NCBI GenBank assembly: GCA_963744145.1
Contig: CAVUSO010000001.1
Location: 3,360,001 to 3,424,000 of the forward strand
Origin: an uncultured cyanobacterium
Lineage (GTDB): Bacteria > Cyanobacteriota > Cyanobacteriia > Cyanobacteriales > CAWUOF01
Length of the DNA: 64,000 nucleotides
Direction: 5' to 3'
The notes under the pieces were generated by a model. That model had not been told where the DNA came from. It saw only the letters and a list, made by a program, of their open reading frames with translations, and made no database searches. The stretch's first letter is position 1. Every line of letters starts with the position of its first letter. This document shows, in pieces, positions 20,190 through 29,801 of this stretch. The position numbers and the translations under genes were made by a program.

Positions 20190-21028
20190 TATCTACAGGA
20201 GCGATCGCGGAATTGAATACTCTAGGTCTGGCATTTAATCAAATGGCAAATCAGTTGAAAACTGCTTTTACTAGTTTAGAACAAAAAGTCCAAGCACGAA
20301 CTGCCGAACTTGCCGAAGCTAAAGAATATGCTGAAGTCGCCAATCAAGCTAAAAGCGAATTTCTAGCAAATATGAGCCATGAATTACGCATACCTCTGAA
20401 TGGGATTTTGGGTTATGCTCAAATTATGCAACGGGCAACTGATCTTAATCAACATCGTAAAGGTGTGAATGTGATTGAACAAGCTAGCAATTTGCTGTCA
20501 ACTGGTGAGCATGATGGGGAGTGCAATTCAAGTCAGTAGTAGTTTAGGAGTAGGAAATATTTTTTGGTTTGAAGTTGATTTACCACTCTCCAATAATTGG
20601 ATGAATATCGCAACTATGTCTAAACAAGGCAAAATTATTGGTTATGCTGGTGAGCGGAAGAAAATTATGATCGTCGATGATAAACTAGTTAATCGGATCG
20701 TGATTGCAGAGGTCTTAAAACCCCTAGGGTTTCTGATTGCTGAGTCGGAAAATGGGCAGGAAGGATTAAAAAAAAATGGCTCTATTTCAAGCAGATTTAA
20801 TTATTACTGATATGGCGATGTCCGAGATGAATAGTTATGAATTTGTTCGTCAGGTTCGTCCAGATTACACTCAGGATTTACCAGTGATCGTCGCTAGTGC
20901 TAGTAGCAAAAAGACTAGCAAGCATCAATAACCAATATCAAGGATTTCGCGATCGCATCTGTACTTTAGTTGCAGAATTTAATGAAAATGGGATGGTCGA
21001 ATTTCTAGCAGGGGGTCAAACAAAATAA
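20190..21028 (+). pseudogene. Decayed, internally deleted paralog of the adjacent hybrid histidine kinase
   Basis: HAMP, HisKA, REC and C-terminal fragments are collinear with 21189-24260 ([13 protein letters not shown]; ends ggtcaaacaaaataa), with frameshifts and deletions. Confidence 0.85.
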
Positions 21029-21188
21029 TTAACACCTCTTCTTGGTTCTGGCAAAACTTTTTAGGAAATTTTCTCAATTGACCAAATATATATCTACCTA
21101 TTGGTGATTTACTAATTAAATAATTTAGACGCCTTTGCAAACCAATGATATTATAGAGGTATTCGGCAAAGATTAGATCAACAAAAAT

Positions 21189-24100
21189 ATGAAATTACAT
21201 CTACACTTGGTCTTGATAGTTCCGTTTGTATTACAAATCTTTGCAGCAGTAGGATTAACCGGATGGTTGTCCCTACGGAACGGACAAAAGACATTGGAAA
21301 ACCTTGTTACTGAATTGCAGAAGGAGATCGGTAATCGGATCGAACAACGTTTGAATAATTTTTTAGAAAAACCTTATATTGTTAATCAAAATATTCTCGA
21401 TGCTGTTGATCTAGGATATATTGATCTGAAAAAACCTCGCAGTGTACAGTCTTATTTTTTAAAAGAAATAAAACTCTTCTCACAAGTTAGTTATATTCAA
21501 ATTGGTAACGAGAAAAAAGAATTTTATGGGCTTGAGCGTCTAGATGATGGCAGTTTTAATGTAGAAATTTGCGATCGCAACACTAATTATAATTTATACA
21601 CCTACGCAACGGATAAGCAAGATCATCTGACTAACAAGTTATTACATATTGTTCCTAACTATAATCCTCGTCTTCGTCCGTGGTATATTGCTCCTGCGAC
21701 CCAGAAGAAATCAAGTTGGACTAATATTTATACTTATCCCAATCATTCGCGACTAGCTATTACTCTAGGAGTTCCTGTTTACAATGAAACCAAAAAATTG
21801 CTGGGAGTGATTGCTACAGATTTGGTTTTATTAGATATTAATAAATTTCTCAGTCATTTGCAACTGAGTAAGTCAGGTCAAACTTTTATTTTAGAACGCT
21901 CTGGACTATTAGTAGCTACTTCGACCCCAGAAAACCCTTTTTATTTCAGTGAAAAAGAGCAAAAATTTCAACGACTTCCAGCAATTAATAGTCACAATCA
22001 GTTAACCCAATTAGCAGCTAAATTCTTACAGCAACACTTTCAAGACTTACACCAAATTGTCAGACCAGAACAACTCAGCTTTCAAATGAATGGTGAGCAA
22101 CAATTTTTACAAATATTACCCTATCAAGATCAATTTGGCTTAAATTGGTTGATCGTGATTGTTGTACCTCAAAGTGATTTTATAGCTGAAATTAATGCTA
22201 ATATAAATACTACTATTTGGCTCTGTTTAGGGGCTTTAAGTATCGCCACAGTAATGGGAATTTATACTTCACGGTGGATTAAGCACACAATTTTACGTCT
22301 GATTGAGTCAGCTCAGGCGATCGCTGAAGGTAATTTATATCAACAGGTATCGGGAGGTGCGATCGCGGAGCTAAATACTTTAGCTAGCGTATTTAACCAG
22401 ATGGCAATTCAATTGCAAGAATCTTTTTTTACTCTCGAACAGCGAGTACAAGAACGCACTGAAGCGCTCCTCATTAGCCAAGAACGGTTACAATTAGTAA
22501 ATGAGAGTGTCAATGATGGAATTTGGGATTGGAAAATATCCTCCAATGAAGTATATTTTTCACCCCAATGGAAAAAAATGTTGGGGTATGAGGAAAATGA
22601 AATTCCTCACCAATTTTCAAGTTGGGAAAATTTACTCCATCCTGATGATTTACCAGAAGCAAAAAGATTGGTTGTAGATCATCTCGAAGGGAGAACTGAA
22701 AACTTCCATATTGAATTTCGGATGCGTCATAAAATGGGTCATTATCCCTGGATTTTGTCTCGGGCTAAAGTTGTAGTAAGAGATCCGAAAGGAAGAGCGA
22801 TCCGAATGGTCGGATCTCATACCGATATTACCGATCGCAAACAAATTGATTTAGAATTGCAACAAGCTAAGGAAACTGCGGAAATTGCTAATCAAGCAAA
22901 GAGTGAATTTTTAGCGAATATGAGCCATGAATTACGCACTCCTCTAAATGGAATTCTTGGTTATGCTCAAATTATGCAACGTACCCCTGACCTCAACCAA
23001 TGTCGTCAAGGTGTTGAAGTAATTGCTCAAGCAGGTTCTTACTTACTGACTCTCATTAATGATATTTTAGATTTGGCAAAAATTGAAGCAAGGAAAATGG
23101 AGTTATTACCAAAAGACTTACATTTTCCTTCCTTTTTAGTAGGGATATTGGAAATCGCCAAAGTCGGAGCAGAAAGCAAAGATATCGTTTTCCATTTTAT
23201 TGAACCAGTTAATCTCCCCAAGTGGGTAGTTGTAGATGAAAAACGTTTACGTCAAGTGTTACTTAACTTATTAGGCAATGCAATTAAGTTTACCAATCGC
23301 GGTAGCGTTACATTTAAAATTGAAGTCTTATCGCAAAGTGATTATAGCAGTAAAGTTCGATTTAATATCCAAGATACAGGTATTGGGATGAGCCCCGAAC
23401 AATTAGCAAAAATATTTTTGCCTTTTGAACAAGTTGGTTCTAAATCCCGTCGGTTAGAAGGTACTGGTTTAGGATTAACAATTTGTCGTCAAATAGTCAC
23501 TATGATGGGTAGTGAAATCCAAGTCAGTAGTAATTTAGGAACAGGAAGTACCTTCTGGTTTGAAATTGAATTAACTCACTCTAATCAATGGATTAATGCT
23601 GCTACTATATCGGAAAAAGGCAGAATTATTGGTTATGTTAATCCCCCAAAGAAAATTTTAATAGTTGATGATAAATCTGTCAATCGCACGCTGATAATGG
23701 AAGTATTGAAACCGCTCGGATTCTTGATTACCGAAGCGGAAAATGGACTGAAAGGGTTAAGTAAAGTTGCCAAATTTATCCCAGATTTAATTATTACAGA
23801 TATTGTCATGCCGGAAATGGATGGTTACGAATTTGTTCGTGCTATTCGTGAATCTTACGATCCAGAATTACCGATTATTGCTTCTAGTGCTAGTGTATCT
23901 TTAGCCGATAAAAGTTCAGCGATCGCATCGGGCTGTAATGATTTTATCGAAAAACCGATCGATATTGAAAAATTACTCAAAGTGATGCAAAAATATTTAA
24001 ACTTAGAATGGATCTATGCTGAACCTCAAGTTGAAATTGAATCACCATTATCAGAAATAATTTTCCCCACGCTAGCTGAGTTAACCATACTTTATCAAGC

Positions 24101-24260
24101 GATTAAGATTGGTGATATTATGACGATCGAAACAGAAGCCAAAAGACTAGCGACCATCAATTCCCAATATCAAAGATTTTGCGATCGCATCTGTACTTTA
24201 GCCGCAGAATTTGATGAACCTGGAATCGTCGAATTCCTGGGTCACGGTCAAACAAAATAG
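21189..24260 (+). CDS. Hybrid sensor histidine kinase (Cache-HAMP-PAS-HisKA-HATPase-REC)
   Basis: RPWY Cache motif, PAS (DGIWDW, LHPDD), MSHELRTPL, N/G boxes, receiver D residues. Confidence 0.95.
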   Translation: MKLHLHLVLIVPFVLQIFAAVGLTGWLSLRNGQKTLENLVTELQKEIGNRIEQRLNNFLEKPYIVNQNILDAVDLGYIDLKKPRSVQSYFLKEIKLFSQVSYIQIGNEKKEFYGLERLDDGSFNVEICDRNTNYNLYTYATDKQDHLTNKLLHIVPNYNPRLRPWYIAPATQKKSSWTNIYTYPNHSRLAITLGVPVYNETKKLLGVIATDLVLLDINKFLSHLQLSKSGQTFILERSGLLVATSTPENPFYFSEKEQKFQRLPAINSHNQLTQLAAKFLQQHFQDLHQIVRPEQLSFQMNGEQQFLQILPYQDQFGLNWLIVIVVPQSDFIAEINANINTTIWLCLGALSIATVMGIYTSRWIKHTILRLIESAQAIAEGNLYQQVSGGAIAELNTLASVFNQMAIQLQESFFTLEQRVQERTEALLISQERLQLVNESVNDGIWDWKISSNEVYFSPQWKKMLGYEENEIPHQFSSWENLLHPDDLPEAKRLVVDHLEGRTENFHIEFRMRHKMGHYPWILSRAKVVVRDPKGRAIRMVGSHTDITDRKQIDLELQQAKETAEIANQAKSEFLANMSHELRTPLNGILGYAQIMQRTPDLNQCRQGVEVIAQAGSYLLTLINDILDLAKIEARKMELLPKDLHFPSFLVGILEIAKVGAESKDIVFHFIEPVNLPKWVVVDEKRLRQVLLNLLGNAIKFTNRGSVTFKIEVLSQSDYSSKVRFNIQDTGIGMSPEQLAKIFLPFEQVGSKSRRLEGTGLGLTICRQIVTMMGSEIQVSSNLGTGSTFWFEIELTHSNQWINAATISEKGRIIGYVNPPKKILIVDDKSVNRTLIMEVLKPLGFLITEAENGLKGLSKVAKFIPDLIITDIVMPEMDGYEFVRAIRESYDPELPIIASSASVSLADKSSAIASGCNDFIEKPIDIEKLLKVMQKYLNLEWIYAEPQVEIESPLSEIIFPTLAELTILYQAIKIGDIMTIETEAKRLATINSQYQRFCDRICTLAAEFDEPGIVEFLGHGQTK

Positions 24261-24367
24261 GTATGTAGTAGCGATAAGAGCGTCGCTCTCATCGAAACTA
24301 CACTGGGCTGATCTAAACCATATTAACAGCAATTTTTAGTAAGAACAAAAGAAACTTGGGAATGGGT

Positions 24368-25402
24368 CTATTCTAAGACTTCTTTAATTTTAGCTACATC
24401 CAAAGCACGACCAATCATCACTAAACTAGTTTTTCGTAATTCATCAGCTTTCCAAGGACGATCATAAAAATATTCAAAACGAGATCCCACTCCTTGCAAC
24501 ACCAAACGCATTGGTTTATGATTGACTGCAACAAACCCTTTAATGCGATAAATTTCCTGATGTTGGACTAAATTTTGCAATTTTTCTACCAGTGTCTTTG
24601 GTTCAAACGTTTGCTCGACGACAAAATGAACCGAATTAATTTCCTCATCATGATCATGTTCTTCCTCATGATCATGGTGACTAGGACGAAGGTCTAAATT
24701 ATCTTCAACTGTAGCATTAAATCCTAGTAGTAAGTCTGGATTAATCTGACCATCTTGACAAGCTACGATTTTTACACCAGGTTGTAATTGTGTTTGTAAC
24801 CATTGCTCTACTTTGGTACGGGTTTGGGAATCAACTAAGTCTACTTTAGTTAGTAGCACTAAATCAGCACATCCTAATTGATCCTCAAATAGTTCTTCGA
24901 TTGGTGTTTCGTGATCTAAACTATCATCTGCTTGTCGTTGAGCATTTAATGCGTTTAGATCGCTAACTATTCTTCCTGATGCTACTGCTTCGCAATCTAC
25001 TACGGTAACTACACCATCAACTGTAGCACCTGTGCGAATTTCTGGCCAGCGGAAAGCTTGAATTAAGGGTTTTGGTAATGCTAATCCTGATGTTTCAATT
25101 AAAATACAATCGATGCTCGATCGCTTTTTGAGAATTTCTTGCATTGTGGGCAAAAATTCTTCCTGGACGGTACAGCATAAACAACCATTAGTAAGTTCGA
25201 CGATATTATTAGCGAGTTCTTCTTCATCTTCGCAAATGTTGCAAGATCGCAACAAATCTCCATCAATCCCTATTTCACCAAATTCATTAACTAAAACTGC
25301 GATTCTGCGTCCTTGATTATTTTGCAATTGTTGTCGAATTAAGGTAGTTTTACCGGCACCGAGAAATCCGGTAATTATGGTCACTGGTATTTTAGCACTC
25401 AT
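24368..25402 (-). CDS. cobW: Cobalamin biosynthesis GTPase CobW
   Basis: GFLGAGKTT, NEFGE, GCLCCT, ETSGLALPKPL, His-rich loop. Confidence 0.93.
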   Translation of the reverse strand: MSAKIPVTIITGFLGAGKTTLIRQQLQNNQGRRIAVLVNEFGEIGIDGDLLRSCNICEDEEELANNIVELTNGCLCCTVQEEFLPTMQEILKKRSSIDCILIETSGLALPKPLIQAFRWPEIRTGATVDGVVTVVDCEAVASGRIVSDLNALNAQRQADDSLDHETPIEELFEDQLGCADLVLLTKVDLVDSQTRTKVEQWLQTQLQPGVKIVACQDGQINPDLLLGFNATVEDNLDLRPSHHDHEEEHDHDEEINSVHFVVEQTFEPKTLVEKLQNLVQHQEIYRIKGFVAVNHKPMRLVLQGVGSRFEYFYDRPWKADELRKTSLVMIGRALDVAKIKEVLE

Positions 25403-25417
25403 AAATCTCCTGACTTT

Positions 25418-25816
25418 TTATTCTAGCGGTGGGATTTTTGCCAAAATCCCTTTCTTTAAAGGTTCTGGTCGTTCTGACCAAGGTAATAAACCATCCTGTT
25501 TACCCATGTATTGACTAGCACATTGTAATACTGCATCTGCTGTTTCTGGTAATTTTTCTGCGGTAACAGGTAAATTACCAAATAGATAAGTATATTTTCC
25601 CTGAGCAGCAAAGGAAATTGCACAAGCATGACTACAAGCACTCATACATTCTACTGCTTGAATGGGAAATTGTTCTTTTAATTCCCAGTTTTGGTGCAGT
25701 ATCGTTAATTGCTCTAATAATTGCTGACCACCACTTTTACCGATGCGTTTTCCCTCTTGCCAAACTGAAGCGCAAGTGGTACAAACGAATAAAATATGTT
25801 GCGTTGTTTTGCTCAT
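25418..25816 (-). CDS. DUF1636 family metal-binding protein
   Basis: FVCTTC, VECMSAC, KYTYLFG, W.ERPEPLKKGILAKIPP; adjacent to cobW. Confidence 0.85.
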   Translation of the reverse strand: MSKTTQHILFVCTTCASVWQEGKRIGKSGGQQLLEQLTILHQNWELKEQFPIQAVECMSACSHACAISFAAQGKYTYLFGNLPVTAEKLPETADAVLQCASQYMGKQDGLLPWSERPEPLKKGILAKIPPLE

Positions 25817-25818
25817 AT

Positions 25819-27573
25819 TTAACATAATAACTCCTCTAATTTTTGCTCATTCCAGAGGGACTGATATAAACCATGTTCTTGCAATAGTTCTGCATGACTA
25901 CCAATTTGAATAATTTCACCACGATCCATGACAAAAATTCGATCAGCAGTTGCCGCAGCTGACATTTGGTGAGAAATAAAAATAACCGTTTGGCGATCGC
26001 GTTTAAAACTCAAATTCTTCAAAATATCTGTGGCTGTCTGATTATCCACGCTTGAAAGAGCATCATCTAAAATTAAGATTGGTGCATCGATCAGTAATGC
26101 TCTTGCTAATGCTGTTCTTTGTCTTTGTCCTCCCGACAGAGTTATACCTCGTTCGCCAACGATCGTATCATATTGTTGGGGAAAGTTGATAATTTCTGTA
26201 TAAATTTGTGCTTGTTTAGCGACATTTTCTACTTCGGCTAGTTCAACTAGGGGATTACCATAACGGATGTTATTTTGGATCGTAGTGCTAAACAGAAAAC
26301 TATCTTGGGGTACATAAGCGATCGCACTTCGTAAATCTTCTAGTTGCAATTCGGTTATATCATATCCATCCAAGAATAGTTGTCCTGACTCTAACTCTAA
26401 TAAACGTGGAATTATGTTCGCTAAAGTGGTTTTTCCTGCCCCAATTGGCCCAACAATTGCAACTGTTTCTCCTGGTACAATTTCAAAGCTGATATTTTTT
26501 AATATAGGTGCTTTTGCTCCTGGATAGGTAAAAGTCAAATTATTGGCTTTTAACAGTCCTTTTACTGGTTTTGGTAATGCGATCGCATGAGGACTATTTT
26601 TAATTTTTGGCTCCACGGTCATAATTGATTCTACCCGATCAATACTTACTTCCCCTCGTTGGTAAGCAGTAATCGTAAAACCTAGTAACGCGGTGGGAAA
26701 AACTAAACGTTCTACATATAAGATGAGCGCTAAAAAGTTACCGACAGTAATCTCACCGCTCGCGATCGTTCTCCCTCCAAAAACTAGTAAGATTAAGAAA
26801 CTTGTACTTGCTAACCCGATCAAAATGGGAAATAATATAGATCGAGTTTGCGCGAGGCTAATATTAGCTTCTAATAGCTCCTGATTCATTAACCCAAAAG
26901 CACGACGTTCGTTTTCTTCTTGGGTGTAGATTTTAATCGAAGCAATACCACTAATATCTTCTTGAATCAGATCGCTTAAGTTAGATAGTTTTTCTTGGAC
27001 TTCTAGTTGTTGATTCCTTAACCGATCGCTAAATAAGTGGACTAACAGTAGCATTAATGGATAAACTGTGATCGCTAATAGGGTTAATCTCACGTTAATC
27101 CATAACATTACTGGTAAAGTCAAAGCATAAGCAAATGTTGTGTTAGCAAGACTCAGCAGTGCAAATCCTACCAAACGTCGAATATTATCAACATCGCTAG
27201 TGGCACGATTAATTAAATCTCCAGCAGTATTAGTAGCAAAATAAGATGGTTCCAGAGTTAATAGATGTTCAAAAATCCTTTGCTTTAAATCAAATTCTAC
27301 CTGTCTTCCTAGTCCAAATAATAATAATCGTGAGACAATTCTAATCACCCACATGATGCTAGCTAAGATAAAAATTAGCACCGCATAATTCAAAACTTTG
27401 TTAAAACTAAAAGTTATTTGCAGATCGTCAATAGTTTGACGAATCAGGAGCGGAATATAAACACCAAGTCCATTTACCACTAAGAGTGAGAAAATACCAA
27501 GTCCCAATTTCCATTTATGGGGACGTAGATAACCAATCAGTTTTTGGAATCGATAACTACTAGCGGTTGTCAT
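25819..27573 (-). CDS. ABC transporter, fused permease and ATP-binding domains
   Basis: TM domain plus Walker A GPIGAGKT, LSGGQRQR, ILDD. Confidence 0.93.
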   Translation of the reverse strand: MTTASSYRFQKLIGYLRPHKWKLGLGIFSLLVVNGLGVYIPLLIRQTIDDLQITFSFNKVLNYAVLIFILASIMWVIRIVSRLLLFGLGRQVEFDLKQRIFEHLLTLEPSYFATNTAGDLINRATSDVDNIRRLVGFALLSLANTTFAYALTLPVMLWINVRLTLLAITVYPLMLLLVHLFSDRLRNQQLEVQEKLSNLSDLIQEDISGIASIKIYTQEENERRAFGLMNQELLEANISLAQTRSILFPILIGLASTSFLILLVFGGRTIASGEITVGNFLALILYVERLVFPTALLGFTITAYQRGEVSIDRVESIMTVEPKIKNSPHAIALPKPVKGLLKANNLTFTYPGAKAPILKNISFEIVPGETVAIVGPIGAGKTTLANIIPRLLELESGQLFLDGYDITELQLEDLRSAIAYVPQDSFLFSTTIQNNIRYGNPLVELAEVENVAKQAQIYTEIINFPQQYDTIVGERGITLSGGQRQRTALARALLIDAPILILDDALSSVDNQTATDILKNLSFKRDRQTVIFISHQMSAAATADRIFVMDRGEIIQIGSHAELLQEHGLYQSLWNEQKLEELLC

Positions 27574-27737
27574 AGAGGGAATTGGGAATTAATAACTGAA
27601 CAGGGTATGGGCTAAGTTTCCATTATAAATTATATCATGATCAAGATTACCTAACCAAGTATGACAATAATTAGGTAAGTTTGATTTAGGCGATCGCTTA
27701 CTAAAATTAGCTTTGTGATCGGATCAATAATTCTATA

Positions 27738-28124
27738 TTACCGCTCTAAAAACTCCATTACTTCTAATATAACCTCAGCAATATCTGGTTTTTTGCAAGC
27801 AATTACTTGATCAGGAAGATGTTTATGGTGTGGAAAACTGGGCAAGTTAGGAAAATGCGGTGTGCTATCATAGCGAAAAATCAAATTATTTTGTTCGTCT
27901 TGGAAATGATATCGATAATCTATGTAGATAATCTGGTTATTTGCAAGGACTAGAATTTCACTAATTGCTAATAAATATTTAATGGCAAAGCGTATTCTCA
28001 TGCGAAAATTAGCTCTCTCTGTCGTTAAAATGACTGCATTGTATTCCTCAACGTAGGCATTATAACAGTTAAGAAAAAGTTGCTCAATTTTATCAAAATA
28101 GGCAGAGAAAACTTTAGGCGACAT
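27738..28124 (-). CDS. DUF6516/TumE-like toxin
   Basis: YRYHFQD...FRYDSTPHFPNLPSFPHHKH motif; overlaps the small upstream gene. Confidence 0.75.
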   Translation of the reverse strand: MSPKVFSAYFDKIEQLFLNCYNAYVEEYNAVILTTERANFRMRIRFAIKYLLAISEILVLANNQIIYIDYRYHFQDEQNNLIFRYDSTPHFPNLPSFPHHKHLPDQVIACKKPDIAEVILEVMEFLER

Positions 28125-28344
28125 TTCTGAGTTTACTCTCTAGGTATTGATGTAAAGCTAAATAATGTTGATAATTTCCTGCCCATTCAATCAACTCTTC
28201 ATCATCAGTTGTTTTCCCTTGACTATATTTAGTAAAAAACTCTTCTGAATCCATTTGATATTTTATTTCATAGATATTTAGCTGTTTGACAGTGCCAACC
28301 AGTGCATCTAATGGTGATGTGTATTCAATAATTTGCTTACGCAT
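28114..28344 (-). CDS. TumA-like antitoxin
   Basis: 76 aa, YEIKYQMDSEEFF...LIEWAGNYQHY; overlaps the toxin start. Confidence 0.7.
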   Translation of the reverse strand: MRKQIIEYTSPLDALVGTVKQLNIYEIKYQMDSEEFFTKYSQGKTTDDEELIEWAGNYQHYLALHQYLESKLRNVA

Positions 28345-28442
28345 GGTTTTATTTACTTAATTTTAACTCAAGTTGATGATTTTATCCTAATTATACTAAA
28401 TACTTGCAAAATGGCTAGAACCTAAATATTTTTAGCAAATCA

Positions 28443-28514
28443 AGCGGGCGATGGGACTCGAACCCACGACGTTTAGCTTGGGAAGCTAACATTCTACCAC
28501 TGAATTACGCCCGC
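28443..28514 (-). tRNA. tRNA-Gly(CCC)
   Basis: Reverse complement GCGGGCGTAATTCAGTGGTAGAATGTTAGCTTCCCAAGCTAA...GTTCGAGTCCCATCGCCCGCT. Anticodon CCC. Confidence 0.97.
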
Positions 28515-28559
28515 GTCAAGTAAAATGGTTATAGTTTTTCGTAAAAACTAATTATAACA

Positions 28560-28745
28560 CAATCCGGTTCAGTTAACCGTAGGGGCAAAGCATTTCGGCA
28601 AATCAATAATTGCCCAAACGCTTGCCCTGAGTTTACCCTGAGCCTTGCCCTGAGCGTAGTCGAAGGGGTAGCCGAAGGGCGTAGTCGAAGGGAAGAAGAA
28701 TATTACCGAAATGCTTTGCCCTCAATCTATGCAGCCAACAGATCA
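28560..28745. repeat. Partial MITE/REP composite
   Basis: CAATCCGGTTCAGTTAA end, then hairpin gtaggggcaaagcatttcgg...ccgaaatgctttgccct enclosing gtagtcgaaggg units. Confidence 0.7.
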
Positions 28746-28810
28746 ACTATAATACAATCCGGTTCAGTTAAGAATATTTTTGGGGATCTCGGCAGAAGAA
28801 GGGTGAAGCA

Positions 28811-29580
28811 GTTAGAGAGTCGATGGTAGGGTGTCCCCTACCATCTCTCCTTCAAAACCGTGCTTGCGACTTTCACCGCACACGGCTCCTGAGTAAAGTA
28901 ATCCTTGTCATAGATACGATATTGTGGAGTGCTCCTACGATACCGCTTGACACATTCTGGTTTACCCCTGTATCCCCACCTTCAGTTTGCACCTTGGTAT
29001 TAGGCTTATCTAGGGTGACTAAAAACTGTGCCGTTTACCTCACCCGGTGCTGTCAGCAGATCTCTGTCATTACGGCAGAGCTTTGGCTTCTGCAACCATC
29101 CCTCACACTCACAACTTCCGGTTAGCTACCTACTTGTGTGACAAGAGCTGTGAGTGCTTTACTTCGTTCCGATTACACATTGTTTGAACTTTTAGCGTGA
29201 TGCTTTCCACCGGGTTTATTGGCAGTGCTAATCAGTCAATCCGAAAATTGCTGATGCCTAATCCTTGCCTTTTGGCTTGGTCAATCAGCCATTTGACCAT
29301 CTATTATAACGATGGTTCAGACGCATCTTCACTTGCGTTACACATCAGTTCTTGCTTGACAGCTACCCCAGTTGGCTAAGAGTATTTCTGCCTTTTATCC
29401 CCGCTTTATCCTGCTGGTTGCTACCCAACACAATATGGGATATGCTTTCACTCCTGCACTTGGAGGCCCTGACTTGGGGAGGAACCCCGCACAAGGATAT
29501 GTAATCAGTTGTCAAGGTTCTGTGGAACCAGGCTAACCGTCCCTAAGTATTTCTACTCATTTAGGTTAAACGAATCGCAC
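28811..29580 (-). ncRNA. ORF-less group II intron (IIB-like), 770 nt
   Basis: 5' end GTGCGATTCG. Domain V GAGCCGTGTGCGGTGAAAGTCGCAAGCACGGTTT. Domain VI hairpin ending CTAAC. EBS1/EBS2 loops complementary to the flank. No RT ORF. Confidence 0.92.
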
Positions 29581-29600
29581 TTCGGGTATAATATTACTGC

Positions 29601-29732
29601 CCCCTTCGACTCTGCTCAGGGCAAGCTTCGACTCCGCCCCCTTCGACTCCGCCCTTCGACTACGCCCTTCGACTACGCTCAGGGTAAACTCAGGGTAAAC
29701 TCAGGGTAAACTCAGGGTAAACTCAGGGTAAA
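29601..29732. repeat. CCCTTCGACT units and 11-bp tandem (CTCAGGGTAAA) x5
   Basis: Read directly. Related units are at 28625-28692 (inverted) and 10482-10495. Confidence 0.85.
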
Positions 29733-29801
29733 GTTTGATCGCTCAATTGTCGCCCAAATGCTTCGCCCCTACGCTTAACTGAACCGTATTGTCTTATAGC
29801 C

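Larger units (their letters stand above)
28755..29791. mobile_element. MITE with 18-bp TIRs (CAAT[C/A]CGGTTCAGTTAAG) containing a REP hairpin and the group II intron
   Basis: TIRs at 28755-28772 and 29774-29791 with one mismatch. No transposase. No clear target-site duplication. Confidence 0.75.

Noticed and set aside
25800..25830. Cobalamin riboswitch upstream of DUF1636-cobW
   Set aside because: There is no intergenic space because the ABC gene abuts it, and I saw no B12-box upstream of the ABC gene.
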